A stretch of DNA of 64,000 nt from an uncultured Microthrixaceae bacterium (GTDB lineage Bacteria; Actinomycetota; Acidimicrobiia; Acidimicrobiales; DATDAH01), in the NCBI GenBank assembly GCA_963845425.1, contig CAWJSC010000017.1, positions 123,843 to 187,842 of the forward strand. The letters are read 5' to 3'. Shown in pieces: positions 32,278 through 41,368 of the stretch. The translations under genes and the position numbers were made by a program. The notes under the pieces are model-generated. The model worked only from the letters and a program-made list of their open reading frames with translations, was not told where the DNA came from and did no database searches. How positions within the stretch are numbered: the stretch's first letter is position 1; every line of letters starts with the position of its first letter.

Positions 32278-32787
32278 TCAACTCGGGTTCGGGAACGCCA
32301 CCGCCGCCAGCGCCACCCGGACCTCGGGGTGCACCTTCACCAGCAGCAGACTCGGTGGCTGGACACCGAAGTCGGTGACGTCGAACTCGGCGGTGCCCCC
32401 GATCACCAGCTCGGCGTCGGCGTTCACGCCCACCGACAACACGCCCTTCAGTGAACGGGTGACACCGTGGAAGTCCAACTCGCCGACACCCTCGTAGCCA
32501 CCGCCTGCGGCGGGGGACAGGGCCGCGAGGCGTCCCATCACCCTCGGATGGCGGCGGACGTTCAGACGGCGCTCGGCCTCACGGTCGAGGAGGGGGTTGC
32601 CCGAGCGCATGCCGCCGAGGTCGAACTCGACCCTCCCGTCGACCGGGGCGTCGGGATCGACACGGCCCTGGGCATCGAGGGCGACGTCGATCCAGCCGGT
32701 CACCGGGGCCCCCGTCGTGATCGGGTGGAGGCTGGAGGAGGCGTGGATCGAGATGCTCGACCGGTTCGGGTCGAGGTGGTGGCGCAT
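32278..32787 (-). CDS. YceI-like domain protein
   Basis: 169 aa. The beta-barrel-like repeat pattern (FDLGGMRSGNPLLDRE..., GELDFHGVTRSL, AEFDVTDFGV) is typical of the YceI family. Confidence 0.8.
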   Translation of the reverse strand: MRHHLDPNRSSISIHASSSLHPITTGAPVTGWIDVALDAQGRVDPDAPVDGRVEFDLGGMRSGNPLLDREAERRLNVRRHPRVMGRLAALSPAAGGGYEGVGELDFHGVTRSLKGVLSVGVNADAELVIGGTAEFDVTDFGVQPPSLLLVKVHPEVRVALAAVAFPNPS

Positions 32788-32829
32788 TGGTGCCAGTGTG
32801 CCGGGGCCACGACCGTGCCGCCCGCCCCA

Positions 32830-34634
32830 TCATCGTCGGCGGCCGACCTGCAGGCCGCCGGAGCGGGCGCAGCGTTTGCTTCGACCGGGTTTCGTCGCCC
32901 TGGCGGGCGGCCCGGCCCGCGGCCCGGCGCTCCCGCAGGCGGCGCCGCGGCAGTACTCCAGCGGGTCGAAGCCGTCGGGGTCGGCCGGGATCGCGGCCGG
33001 GTCGGCCAGCACGGTGCCCAGCATCATCTCCACCAGCAGCGGCCGGTCCAGGATCTCCCCGGCGCAGTGCACGCCGCCGACCATCGTCCCGGCGACGCCG
33101 TGGCCCGACGCGGTGTTGGCGCCCGACCAGCCACAGCCCGTCGATCTCGGTGCGGTGCTGGGGCCGGTTGGTCGCCGGACTGCTCCGGCGAGTGGACGTA
33201 GCCGTAGCTGGTGCCGCCGGTGGAGCGGGTGTAGCGCTCCTGGGACAGCGGCGTGGCGGTCTCGACGTGCACGATGTGGTCGCGCAGGCGCTCGCCGCCG
33301 AGCTGGTCGGCCAGCACCCGCTCGGCGGCGTCGAGCAGCGCCTCGGTGAGCTGCTGCTTGCGCTCCCGGTAGCGCTCGCCGCGGCGGTAGGGGCCGCCCT
33401 CGGCCGGTGACGTCCTCGACGCCCCACCACTCCAGGCCCCGCGGGCGCCAGCGTCATGATCTGCAGGTTGGTCTGCCCGTCGGGCACAGGTGCGGCGTTG
33501 CCGGGGTCCTTGCGCGACGCCATGGCGACGTAGGCGAACACGTCCGGGCCCTCCAGCTCGCCGGCGTCGAGCCCCTCGTAGAGGCCGTCGGTCTCGTAGT
33601 CGGGGAACACGAAGTAGTTGGTGTTCGGCCCGCCGGTGAGGTCGACGTCGACCACCAGGTACACGCACACCAGGCCCAGGGTCATCTCGCGCCTCCCGGG
33701 TCCAGCGCACCGTGGCCGGGTCCCAGTGCTCCTCGCCCACCAGCCCGAACACGGTGCGGGCGTGGTCGGCGTTGGAGATCACCAGGTCGGCGGCGATCGT
33801 CGGTGCCGTCCTCCAGCACCACGCCGGTGGCCCGCCGGCCCTCCACCGACGATCCGCTGCACCGGGGTCAGGGTGCGGACCTCGCCGCCGTGGGCCTCGA
33901 TCACCTGGATCAGCCGGGCCGGGATCATCTGGCCGCCGCCCTCGGGGTAGTAGGCGCCCCGCATGTAGTGGTCGATGATCGACGGCGTGCATGGCCACCG
34001 CCGTCTGGCGGGGGCCGCCGGCGTACAGGCCCGACCAGTGGTCGAGCACCGCCCGGCACCGCTGGGACAGCTCGCCCTCGTCGAACAGCTCCGACAGCGG
34101 CCGGAACGCCCACCGGTCGAAGGTCGGGGTCTCGACGCCGGGGATGGGCCGGGCCCGGCCCTCCTCGGCCACCGCGTCGCAGCGTGCCGACGACCCGCTC
34201 GATGCCGGCCCGCTCCTCGGGGAACGCCTCGACCAGGCGGTCGCGGTAGCGGTCCCAGCCGGCCGGCACCACGAAGCTCCAGGTCCGGGAAGTGCAGCGT
34301 GTCGAACCCGTCGGGGTCGAGCGGCAGGAAGCGCATCCGGTCGCCGACGCCGAGCCCGCCGAAGATCGTGGGGAACAGCCCGCCCGGCCCGCAGTCGCCG
34401 ATGTAGTGCACGCCCACGTCGAACTCGATACTCGGCGCCCTCGTGGTGGCGCGGAACACCTGGGTGTTGCCGCCGGCCAGGTCGTGGCCCTCGAGCACCA
34501 GCACCCGCCGCCCCGCGGCGGCCAGGCACGCCGCGGCGGTCAGCCCGCCGGGGCCGGAGCCCACCACCACCACGTCCCACGTCGTCGGCCACTCCGGCCC
34601 CGGGGCGATGCTCAGCGGCGTGGACTGGGGCCAT
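32830..34634 (-). pseudogene. FAD-dependent oxidoreductase (phytoene-desaturase/CrtI-like superfamily), at least 8 frame switches
   Basis: Recognisable blocks alternate among all three minus frames:
- WDVVVVGSGPGGLTAAACLAAAGRRVLVLEGHDLAGGN
- VVPAGWDRYRDRLVEAFPEERAGIERV
- RPIPGVETPTFDRWAFRPLSELF...HWSGLYAGGP
- IIDHYMRGAYYPEGGGQMIPARLIQVIEAHGGEV
- IAADLVISNADHARTV
- MTLGLVCVYLVVDVDL...AYVAMASRKDPG
- LTEALLDAAERVL...VETATPLSQERYTRSTGGTSYG
- GLWLVG
- MVGGVHCAGEILDRPL
The gene ends are approximate. Confidence 0.65.
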
Positions 34635-34670
34635 GCAGACCAGTAGGCTGGCGGTGCCGCAGGCTGATGG

Positions 34671-35750
34671 CTAGGCGGGGCGGCGCGACGCCGCCGGCGC
34701 CGCTTCGAGCGAGCCTTGAAGAACGAGGCCTCGGCGGCCCGGCCCCCGGCGCAAGGGCTGTCGACCAGCTCGAGGGCGGCCTCCTCGTAGAGGTGCGGAT
34801 GTCGTGCACGGTGCTGATCGGGTCGCCCCCCGGGCAGGCCGGCCTCGGTCCAGTCGGCTCCGTCGACGATGGCGCAGGAGGGCCGACAGCGCATCGGGTA
34901 CCCCGTCGGGCCCGATCACCCTGCCGACCGACGTTCGGCCCCGAGCGGCCAACGACCGGTCATAGGCGTTGCGCAGGCCGCGGGCCTCGTCGACCGCGGG
35001 CGGCAGATCGGGGTCGAACGGGGCGGCAGGGCGCAGGCCATCGGGGTCTCATCGTACTCGAGGACCGTCGGGTGGTCGGCCAGCACCGGCCCGGTCGGCT
35101 CGTCGAGCAGAGCGAAGGCCCGAAGCAGCAGGTCCCGCTGGAAGGCGGCGTCGCCCGGCACGCCCAGCGGGCGGCCCAGGGGGAACTCGCCGTAGAAGGC
35201 CCGGGGCGGGTGCATCCGCTCGGCGACCGAGCGGACCGAGATCAGGGCCACGGTGGCGAGGCCTGACGGCTTCGAACACATGCGAGAGCACACACACGGT
35301 GCGCGAGCAGAGCGGTCAGACGGGGGTGAGCAGCACCACGTCGACGCCGTCGTGACGCAGGTGCCGCGGCGGCGGCCGGCCCGGAGTCCAGGCGGACGGT
35401 GGCCACGTCGTCGGGCTGGTTGCCCGCGAAGGACACGTGGCGGGGGCGACCCGGCCGATGACCCCGTCGGCGGCCAGTTCCTCGAGCCGGTCGATGGGGT
35501 AGACGACATCGAGGTCGGCGGCGAAGGCCGAGCGGTCGAAGTTGGGGCTCCAGTGGCCGAGGGCCAGGTCCCGGCGCTCCCGGTCGAGGAGCCGGAACCC
35601 GGTGTCGAAGCTGGAGAACCCCTCGTCGTCCATCGTGTGGATGGCGGCGGTGGTCACGATGGCCACGGTGGCCTCGGCCAGCGGTTTCGGGGCGGTGAAG
35701 GCCGTGGTGTCGAACTGGGGCACGGGCAGCGAGTCCGACAGGTCCCGCAT
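34671..35750 (-). pseudogene. Glycine/sarcosine/betaine/D-proline-reductase selenoprotein-B (GrdB/PrdB)-family homologue with in-frame TGA (35316-35318) and at least 6 frame switches
   Basis: GGAGA SD, then ATG 35750: MRDLSDSLPVPQFDTTAFTAPKPLAEATVAIVTTAAIH...DGVDVVLLTPV-TGA-PLCSRTV...GLATVALISVRSVAERMHPPRAFYGEFPLGRPLG...VLEYDE...LYEEAALELV. Frame changes fall near 35442-35446 (G/C run), 35365, 35265, 35000, 34870, 34826-34831 (G/C run) and 34785. The 3' end is uncertain. Confidence 0.6.
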
Positions 35751-35996
35751 CGCCTGATCTCCGGTGGTCACCGGAGGAGCTTGGCACACGGGGGAGGGCG
35801 CCCGGTCCGGCCCCTCAACGTGTCGTCGTGCGCACCCTGACCCCGATCATCGCGATACACCGCGAGTCGCGCCGGAGATGGGCCGGGAGGCGCTGAGCCA
35901 TCGCCGTGATCGAGCTGCCGGGCGGCGCGGTCGAGGGGCCGGGGCGAGGGCGGGAAGTACGCTCCGGCGTCCGAGGTGATTCAGACGGAGGACCAC

Positions 35997-37031
35997 GTGC
36001 AGACGTCGATGCGAGACGACCGTCCCCTGGCGCGACCCGGCGCCCGTGTGGGGGCGATCGTGGCCCTGGTGCTCCTCGCGGGTGCGTGCAGCAGCGCTGA
36101 CCGTGCTGAGGGCAACTCGGATGCCGCCGCGAGCTCGACCTCCATGGCTGCGTCCTCGAGCTCCGATAGGCAGACCCCGGAGCCGGTGCAACAGCTCGAC
36201 ATCGACGGCACCGAGTACACCTTCGCCGTGAGCCCCGATCCTTCGGGCGGCCTGCACCCCGGTTGGACCGAGGTGCGGTTCGACAACGTCGGGCATGAAG
36301 CCCATCAGGTGATGTTCGCTCGCCTCAAGGACGGGGTCGACATGGCCGAGTTGGCCGCGGCCGGGGAGGGCGACTCCTCCGGCGCCTCCGCCATCGAGTT
36401 CGTCGACATGATCGGCGGGGTCAGCTACATCGACCCCGGGCGGGACACCTCCGCGTTGGTCGATCTCTCCGAGGGCACGGTGGTGGCGATGTGTTACGTA
36501 CCGAACCCCGACGGGGTGGCCCACGCGCTCCTGGGGATGTCGACGATCCTCGCCGTGCCCCCCGCGGACGCAACGGTCCCGACGACTCCGGGGGCTGACC
36601 CAGCCCCGGCCGCCGCGGGGTCGACGCCGGCCCTGGAGGTCGGTGAGCGAGAGGTCGTCGGCACCATCGAGTTGGCGGCGGAGGGGTATCTCATCCCCGA
36701 CGACCCGGGGCCGGGCTGGTACCACGTCGTGAACACCGACGTCGACGCCCCCGGCGGTGGGCTGCACGAGCTGTCGCTGTTGCGGCTGGAGGGCCCGGTC
36801 GGCCGCGGCGGCATCGACCAGGTCGTGGACGACCTGGCGAACAACATCACCCCGAGTGTGGGGCTCGACGCCGTCGGGGGCATGGGCGCGATCTCCGCCG
36901 GCTTCGACGGGTACCTCTATCTCGACCTCACCCCCGGCGACTACCTCGCAGTGGACTTCATGCCCGATCCTGGTGAGCCCCGCCCCCACATGCTCGACGG
37001 CTACTACGCCGAGTTCAGCGTGGAGGCATAG
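35997..37031 (+). CDS. Lipoprotein of unknown function
   Basis: GGAGGA SD 4 nt before GTG 35997 (alternative ATG 36009). Lipobox LVLLAGAC. Ser/Ala-rich linker, then two similar beta-rich halves. No family recognised. Confidence 0.7.
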   Translation: MQTSMRDDRPLARPGARVGAIVALVLLAGACSSADRAEGNSDAAASSTSMAASSSSDRQTPEPVQQLDIDGTEYTFAVSPDPSGGLHPGWTEVRFDNVGHEAHQVMFARLKDGVDMAELAAAGEGDSSGASAIEFVDMIGGVSYIDPGRDTSALVDLSEGTVVAMCYVPNPDGVAHALLGMSTILAVPPADATVPTTPGADPAPAAAGSTPALEVGEREVVGTIELAAEGYLIPDDPGPGWYHVVNTDVDAPGGGLHELSLLRLEGPVGRGGIDQVVDDLANNITPSVGLDAVGGMGAISAGFDGYLYLDLTPGDYLAVDFMPDPGEPRPHMLDGYYAEFSVEA

Positions 37032-37166
37032 GTCGAGGCTGCAGTCGCAGGCGTCGACCGTGGGCCGGGGCAGACCCCTGCGGCCGAGCCAAGTGGTGAT
37101 GTCGGACCTGGTGTCGGGCGGATCCCGCCGCTCTTCGGCGGAGTCCGTCGAGCGCCGTGCCGTCCC

Positions 37167-38165
37167 CTAAGCCAGGTGGGGGAGGACCTTCTCGCCGTAG
37201 GCGGTCAGGGTCTCGTCCTGGTCGTCGTGTTGGAGGTAGACGGCGAACTGGTCGACGCCCAGGCCCCGGAGCTCTTCCAGGCGCTCGATGTGCGCCGACG
37301 GAGGACCCAGGAGGCAGAAGCGGTCGATGATCTCGTCGGTGACGAAGTCGACGTGCGTCGACGTCGCCTTGCCGTGTTCGGCGTAGTCGTAGCCCTCGCG
37401 GTTCTCGACGTAGCTGAGCAGGGCCTCGGGCACGAGGTCCGTGTCGGCGCCGTAGCGCTTGACGAGGTCGGCGACGTGGTTGCCGACCATGCCGCCGAAC
37501 CAGCGGACCTGGTCCCGCTGGTGAGCCAGGTCGTCACCGACATAGGCGGGAGCGGCCACGCAGACCTTGATCGCATCGGGGTCCCGGCCCGCGTCTGCAG
37601 CCGCGGTGCGCACGGCGTCGATCGTCCACTTCGCGATCTGGGGGTCGGCGAGCTGGAGGATGAAGCCGTCGGCCTGCTCGCCGCAGAGCTTCAGCGCCTT
37701 GGGGCCATAGGCGGCCATGTAGATGTCCAGTGACGACCCCCGGGACCAGGGGAACTGCTGGTCAGCGCCGTTGTAGGACACCGATCGACCCTCGGCCAGG
37801 CCCTTGATCACCGTCATGGCCTCGCCCAGGGTGGCCAGGTTCGACGGGGCGAAGCCGAGCACCCGCATGGCCGAGTCGCCCCGGCCGATGCCGCAGACGG
37901 TGCGGTCCCCGAACATGTCGTTGAGGGTGGCGAACATCGACGCCGTGACCGTCCAGTCCCGGGTCCCCGGGTTGGTGACCATGGGCCCCACCTTCATGGT
38001 GTGGGTGGCGGACAGGATCTGGCTGTAGACGACGAAGGGCTCCTGCCACAGCACGTGGCTGTCGAAGGTCCAGCCGTAGCCGAACCCGAGGGTCTCGGCC
38101 CGCCGGCACAGGTCGACCACCCGCCAGGCCGGCGGGTTGTTCTGCAACACGACACCGAACTCCAT
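37167..38165 (-). CDS. LLM-class (luciferase-like) flavin/F420-dependent oxidoreductase
   Basis: 332 aa from ATG 38165: MEFGVVLQNNPPAWRVVDLCRRAETLGFGYGWTFDSHVLWQEP...GIGRGDSA...YGPKALKL. TIM-barrel LLM signature. Confidence 0.85.
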   Translation of the reverse strand: MEFGVVLQNNPPAWRVVDLCRRAETLGFGYGWTFDSHVLWQEPFVVYSQILSATHTMKVGPMVTNPGTRDWTVTASMFATLNDMFGDRTVCGIGRGDSAMRVLGFAPSNLATLGEAMTVIKGLAEGRSVSYNGADQQFPWSRGSSLDIYMAAYGPKALKLCGEQADGFILQLADPQIAKWTIDAVRTAAADAGRDPDAIKVCVAAPAYVGDDLAHQRDQVRWFGGMVGNHVADLVKRYGADTDLVPEALLSYVENREGYDYAEHGKATSTHVDFVTDEIIDRFCLLGPPSAHIERLEELRGLGVDQFAVYLQHDDQDETLTAYGEKVLPHLA

Positions 38166-38193
38166 GGCCGTTCCTCGCCTCGTCGGGGTCCAG

Positions 38194-39606
38194 CTACTGC
38201 AGGTAGCCGCAGAGGCCCCGCCGCAGGTACATCCCATCGCCCTTGGCGCCCTCGTACTGATCGTTGCGCACGATCACCCGCCCCCGGGACAGCACCGTGT
38301 CGACCCGGCCGGCCACCTCGATGCCCTCATAGGCCGAGTAGTCCAGGCGCATGTGGTGGTTGTCGACGCTGATCGTCCAGGACCGGTCCGGGTCATAGAC
38401 GACGATGTCGGCGTCAGAACCCGGGGCGATGACGCCCTTCCGGGGGTAGAGGCCGAACATGCGGGCCGGGGTCGTCGAGCACAGCTCCACCCAGCGGGGG
38501 AGGGTCAGCTCGCCGGCGGCGACGCCCTGGTAGATCAGGTCCATCCGGTGCTCCACCCCGCCGATGCCGTTGGGGATGGCCCGGAAGTCGTCCACGCCCA
38601 GCTCCTTCTGCTCCGTCATGCAGAACGGGCAGTGGTCGGTGGACACCACGGACAGGTCGTTGGCCCGCAGGCCCTTCCACAGGTCGGCGTGGTGGTGCTC
38701 GTGCTTGGTCCGCAGCGGGGTCGAGCACACGTAGCCCGCCCCGGCGAACCCGGGCGCCCCCAGGTGGTCCTCCAGGTTCAGGTACAGGTACTGCGGGCAG
38801 GTCTCGGCGAACACGTTGCCGCCGGCGTCCCGGGCCATGGCCACCTGCACCAGCGCCTCGCTGGCCGACAGGTGGACGATGTAGAGCGGCGCGGCGCCGA
38901 CCTTGGCCAGCTGGATGGCCCGGTGGGTGGCCTCGCCCTCCAGCTCGGCCCGGCGCACGTAGCCGTGGTTGATCGGCGCCGTCTCGCCCCGTTCGACAGC
39001 CTGCTCGGCCAGGACGTCGATGGCGAGGCCGTTCTCGGCGTGCATCATGATCACCCCGCCGTTGCCCGCCGCCTGCTGCATGGCCCGCAGGATCTGGCCG
39101 TCGTCGGACAGGAACACACCCGGGTAGGCCATGAAGAGCTTGAAGCTGGTGATGCCCTCGTCCACCAGCACGTCCATGGCCTTCAGCGAAGCCTCGTCGA
39201 CCCCGCCGATGATCATGTGGAAGCCGTAGTCGACGGCACAGTTGCCCTCGGCTTTGGCCATCCAGGTGTCGAGCCGCTCCCGCACGTCCTCGCCCGCGGC
39301 CTGCACCGCGAAGTCGATGATCGTCGTGGTCCCGCCCCAGGCGGCGGCCCGGGTGCCGCTCTCGAAGTCGTCGGAGGCCACGGTGCCGCCGAATGGCAGC
39401 TCCATGTGGGTGTGGGCGTCGACCCCGCCGGGGACCACGTACTTCCCCGTGGCGTCCAGGACCTCGTGGGCCCCCCGCTCGGCGGCCTCGGCCGGCTCCG
39501 AGCCCGGCAGCAGCAGGGCGATGATGGTCTCGCCCTCCACCAGGACCTCCATGGGCTGGGCCCCGGTGGCGGAGACCACCGTGCCCCCCTTGATCAGCAG
39601 CGCCAT
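38194..39606 (-). CDS. hydA: Dihydropyrimidinase / D-hydantoinase
   Basis: 470 aa. Motifs: LIKGGTVV, GGVDAHTHMELPF, SFKLFMAY, HAENG, STDHCPF. This is the cyclic-amidohydrolase metal-ligand pattern. Confidence 0.9.
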   Translation of the reverse strand: MALLIKGGTVVSATGAQPMEVLVEGETIIALLLPGSEPAEAAERGAHEVLDATGKYVVPGGVDAHTHMELPFGGTVASDDFESGTRAAAWGGTTTIIDFAVQAAGEDVRERLDTWMAKAEGNCAVDYGFHMIIGGVDEASLKAMDVLVDEGITSFKLFMAYPGVFLSDDGQILRAMQQAAGNGGVIMMHAENGLAIDVLAEQAVERGETAPINHGYVRRAELEGEATHRAIQLAKVGAAPLYIVHLSASEALVQVAMARDAGGNVFAETCPQYLYLNLEDHLGAPGFAGAGYVCSTPLRTKHEHHHADLWKGLRANDLSVVSTDHCPFCMTEQKELGVDDFRAIPNGIGGVEHRMDLIYQGVAAGELTLPRWVELCSTTPARMFGLYPRKGVIAPGSDADIVVYDPDRSWTISVDNHHMRLDYSAYEGIEVAGRVDTVLSRGRVIVRNDQYEGAKGDGMYLRRGLCGYLQ

Positions 39607-39619
39607 GTCGTCTCCTCGG

Positions 39620-40477
39620 TCAGAGGTCGGTGAGGGGACCGTAGGTCTCGGGGCGGCGGTCCCGGTAGAAGGCCCAGCCGGCCCGGACCTCGTCGATGGT
39701 GTTCAGGTCCAGGTCCCGCACCACCAGCTCGGCCTCCCGGTCCGAGGCGGTACCGCCGACGATCTGGCCCCGGGGGTCGGCGAAGTAGGACGTGCCGTAG
39801 AAGTCGTTGTCGCCCAGGTCCTCGACCCCGATGCGGTTGAGCGCGCCGACGAAGTACATGTTGGCGCAGGCCGCCGAGGTCTGTTCGAGCTGCCACAGGT
39901 AGGCCGAAAGGCCCCGGCTGGTGGCCGACGGGTTGAACACGATCTGGGCGCCCGCCAGGCCCAGGGCCCGCCAGCCCTCGGGGAAGTGGCGGTCATAACA
40001 GATGTAGACGCCGACCCGGCCCACGGCGGTGTCGAACACGGGGTACCCCAGGTTCCCGGGCCGGAAGTAGAACTTCTCCCAGAACCCCTTCACCTGCGGG
40101 ATGTGGTTCTTGCGGTACTTGCCCAGGTAGGTGCCGTCGGCGTCGATGATCGCGGCGGTGTTGTAGAGGATCCCGGGCTGCTCCTCCTCGTAGACCGGCA
40201 GGACGAGCACGATCCCCAGCCGCTCGGCCACCTCCCGGAAGCGCTGGACCGTCGGTCCGTCGGGCACCGCCTCGGCGTAGGCGTAGAACTGGTCGTCCTG
40301 CACCTGGCAGAAGTACGGCCCGTAGAACAGCTCCTGGAAGCACACGACCTTGGCCCCGGCCGCGGCGGCCTCCTCGGCGTAGGCCACGTGCCGCTCGATC
40401 ATCGAGTCCTTGTCGCCGGTCCACTCGGCCTGGACCAGGGCCGCTCGCACGGTGGTCGACGGGTCTCCTGCGGCCAT
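39620..40477 (-). CDS. Beta-ureidopropionase-like carbon-nitrogen hydrolase
   Basis: 285 aa. Motifs: CFQELFYGPYF, YRKNHIP, ICYDRHFPE. Nitrilase-superfamily E/K/C. First gene of the operon with hydA. Confidence 0.8.
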   Translation of the reverse strand: MAAGDPSTTVRAALVQAEWTGDKDSMIERHVAYAEEAAAAGAKVVCFQELFYGPYFCQVQDDQFYAYAEAVPDGPTVQRFREVAERLGIVLVLPVYEEEQPGILYNTAAIIDADGTYLGKYRKNHIPQVKGFWEKFYFRPGNLGYPVFDTAVGRVGVYICYDRHFPEGWRALGLAGAQIVFNPSATSRGLSAYLWQLEQTSAACANMYFVGALNRIGVEDLGDNDFYGTSYFADPRGQIVGGTASDREAELVVRDLDLNTIDEVRAGWAFYRDRRPETYGPLTDL

Positions 40478-40615
40478 GGCACGGCTCCTCTTCCGCCCGG
40501 CTCCGGGCAGGCCCGCAACCTACACAACGCTGACGGACGACCGCCGGGGACAGTGACCCGACCGAGGCTCCTGCTGACCGCCCCGCGCGCGGGCGGATCT
40601 GGGCCCTGCGGTGGA

Positions 40616-41176
40616 TCAGCCGGTGAAGGGCGGGGTGGCGGCGACCACGTCGTCGTCCACGTCGGGCGGCGGTGGTGGCGGCGGCGGGGGCGGGGGCGGG
40701 GGCGGCTCTTCGGCGAAGGTGTTGGTGACGGTGATGGTGCCGGCGGCGCCGACGACCTCGCCGAAGCGCACGGTCTGGTCGTCGAGGCACTGCGCCGCGG
40801 GTTGGCCTTCGGCGCCGGCCGCGTCGACGGAGGGGATCACGACGTCGCAGGCGTAGGTGACCGTGGCACCGTTGGTCACGGTCTCCTCGGCGGTGCAGTC
40901 CGCGAACAGGCCGATGCCGAAGGTGTTCTGGCCGAGCGGTTCGCCGGTCTCGTCGAACTCCACCGTGACCGACTTGACGCCCTCGGCCGGGGCCGAGACG
41001 TCGAGGCTGTCGCAGCTGACGGTCACCTCGAACACCGAGCCGGCGGGCACCGGGCCCTCGACGACCTTGACCACCGTGAAGGTGTTCAGTTGCTGGCCGG
41101 CCGCCGGCGTGAGCAGCCCGACGCCCAGCGCGGCCATGGCGACCGCGACCATCCCGACAACGGCTTTGCTGCGCAT
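40616..41176 (-). CDS. Secreted protein with SpaA/prealbumin-like (DUF5979-type) domain and poly-proline tail
   Basis: GGGAG SD, then ATG 41176. Signal peptide MRSKAVVGMVAVAMAALGVGLL. Body ends in the ...TITVTNTF pattern. C-terminus EE-P14-DVDDDVVAATPPFTG*. This is only the last 186 aa of track ORF 40616..43075; the rest is antisense junk. Confidence 0.7.
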   Translation of the reverse strand: MRSKAVVGMVAVAMAALGVGLLTPAAGQQLNTFTVVKVVEGPVPAGSVFEVTVSCDSLDVSAPAEGVKSVTVEFDETGEPLGQNTFGIGLFADCTAEETVTNGATVTYACDVVIPSVDAAGAEGQPAAQCLDDQTVRFGEVVGAAGTITVTNTFAEEPPPPPPPPPPPPPPDVDDDVVAATPPFTG

Positions 41177-41368
41177 CTTGGCTCCCGGCGTGGAAATCCT
41201 CCGGAGCAACCTACACCGCGGGGTACCCGGGTTACGCGCTTTCGCCCGGTCGGGCCGGGCCCGACCCGGCGTTGGCGCACGTCGAAGCGCGGGGCCCGGG
41301 CTGCCGTCAGGCGACGCAGGGCCAATGGCCCTGGTGTCGCGGTTCTTGAGGCAATAGGCCTGTCGGTC

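Noticed and set aside
40616-40640. C-terminal PPFTG as a sortase (LPXTG-like) signal
   Set aside because: The motif is immediately followed by the stop codon. None of the three downstream frames encodes a hydrophobic segment plus basic tail.
40650-40700. GC-rich (GGC/GGG)n tract as a simple-sequence contingency locus
   Set aside because: It simply encodes the 14-proline run of the secreted protein, in frame. There is no evidence of length variation from a single sequence.
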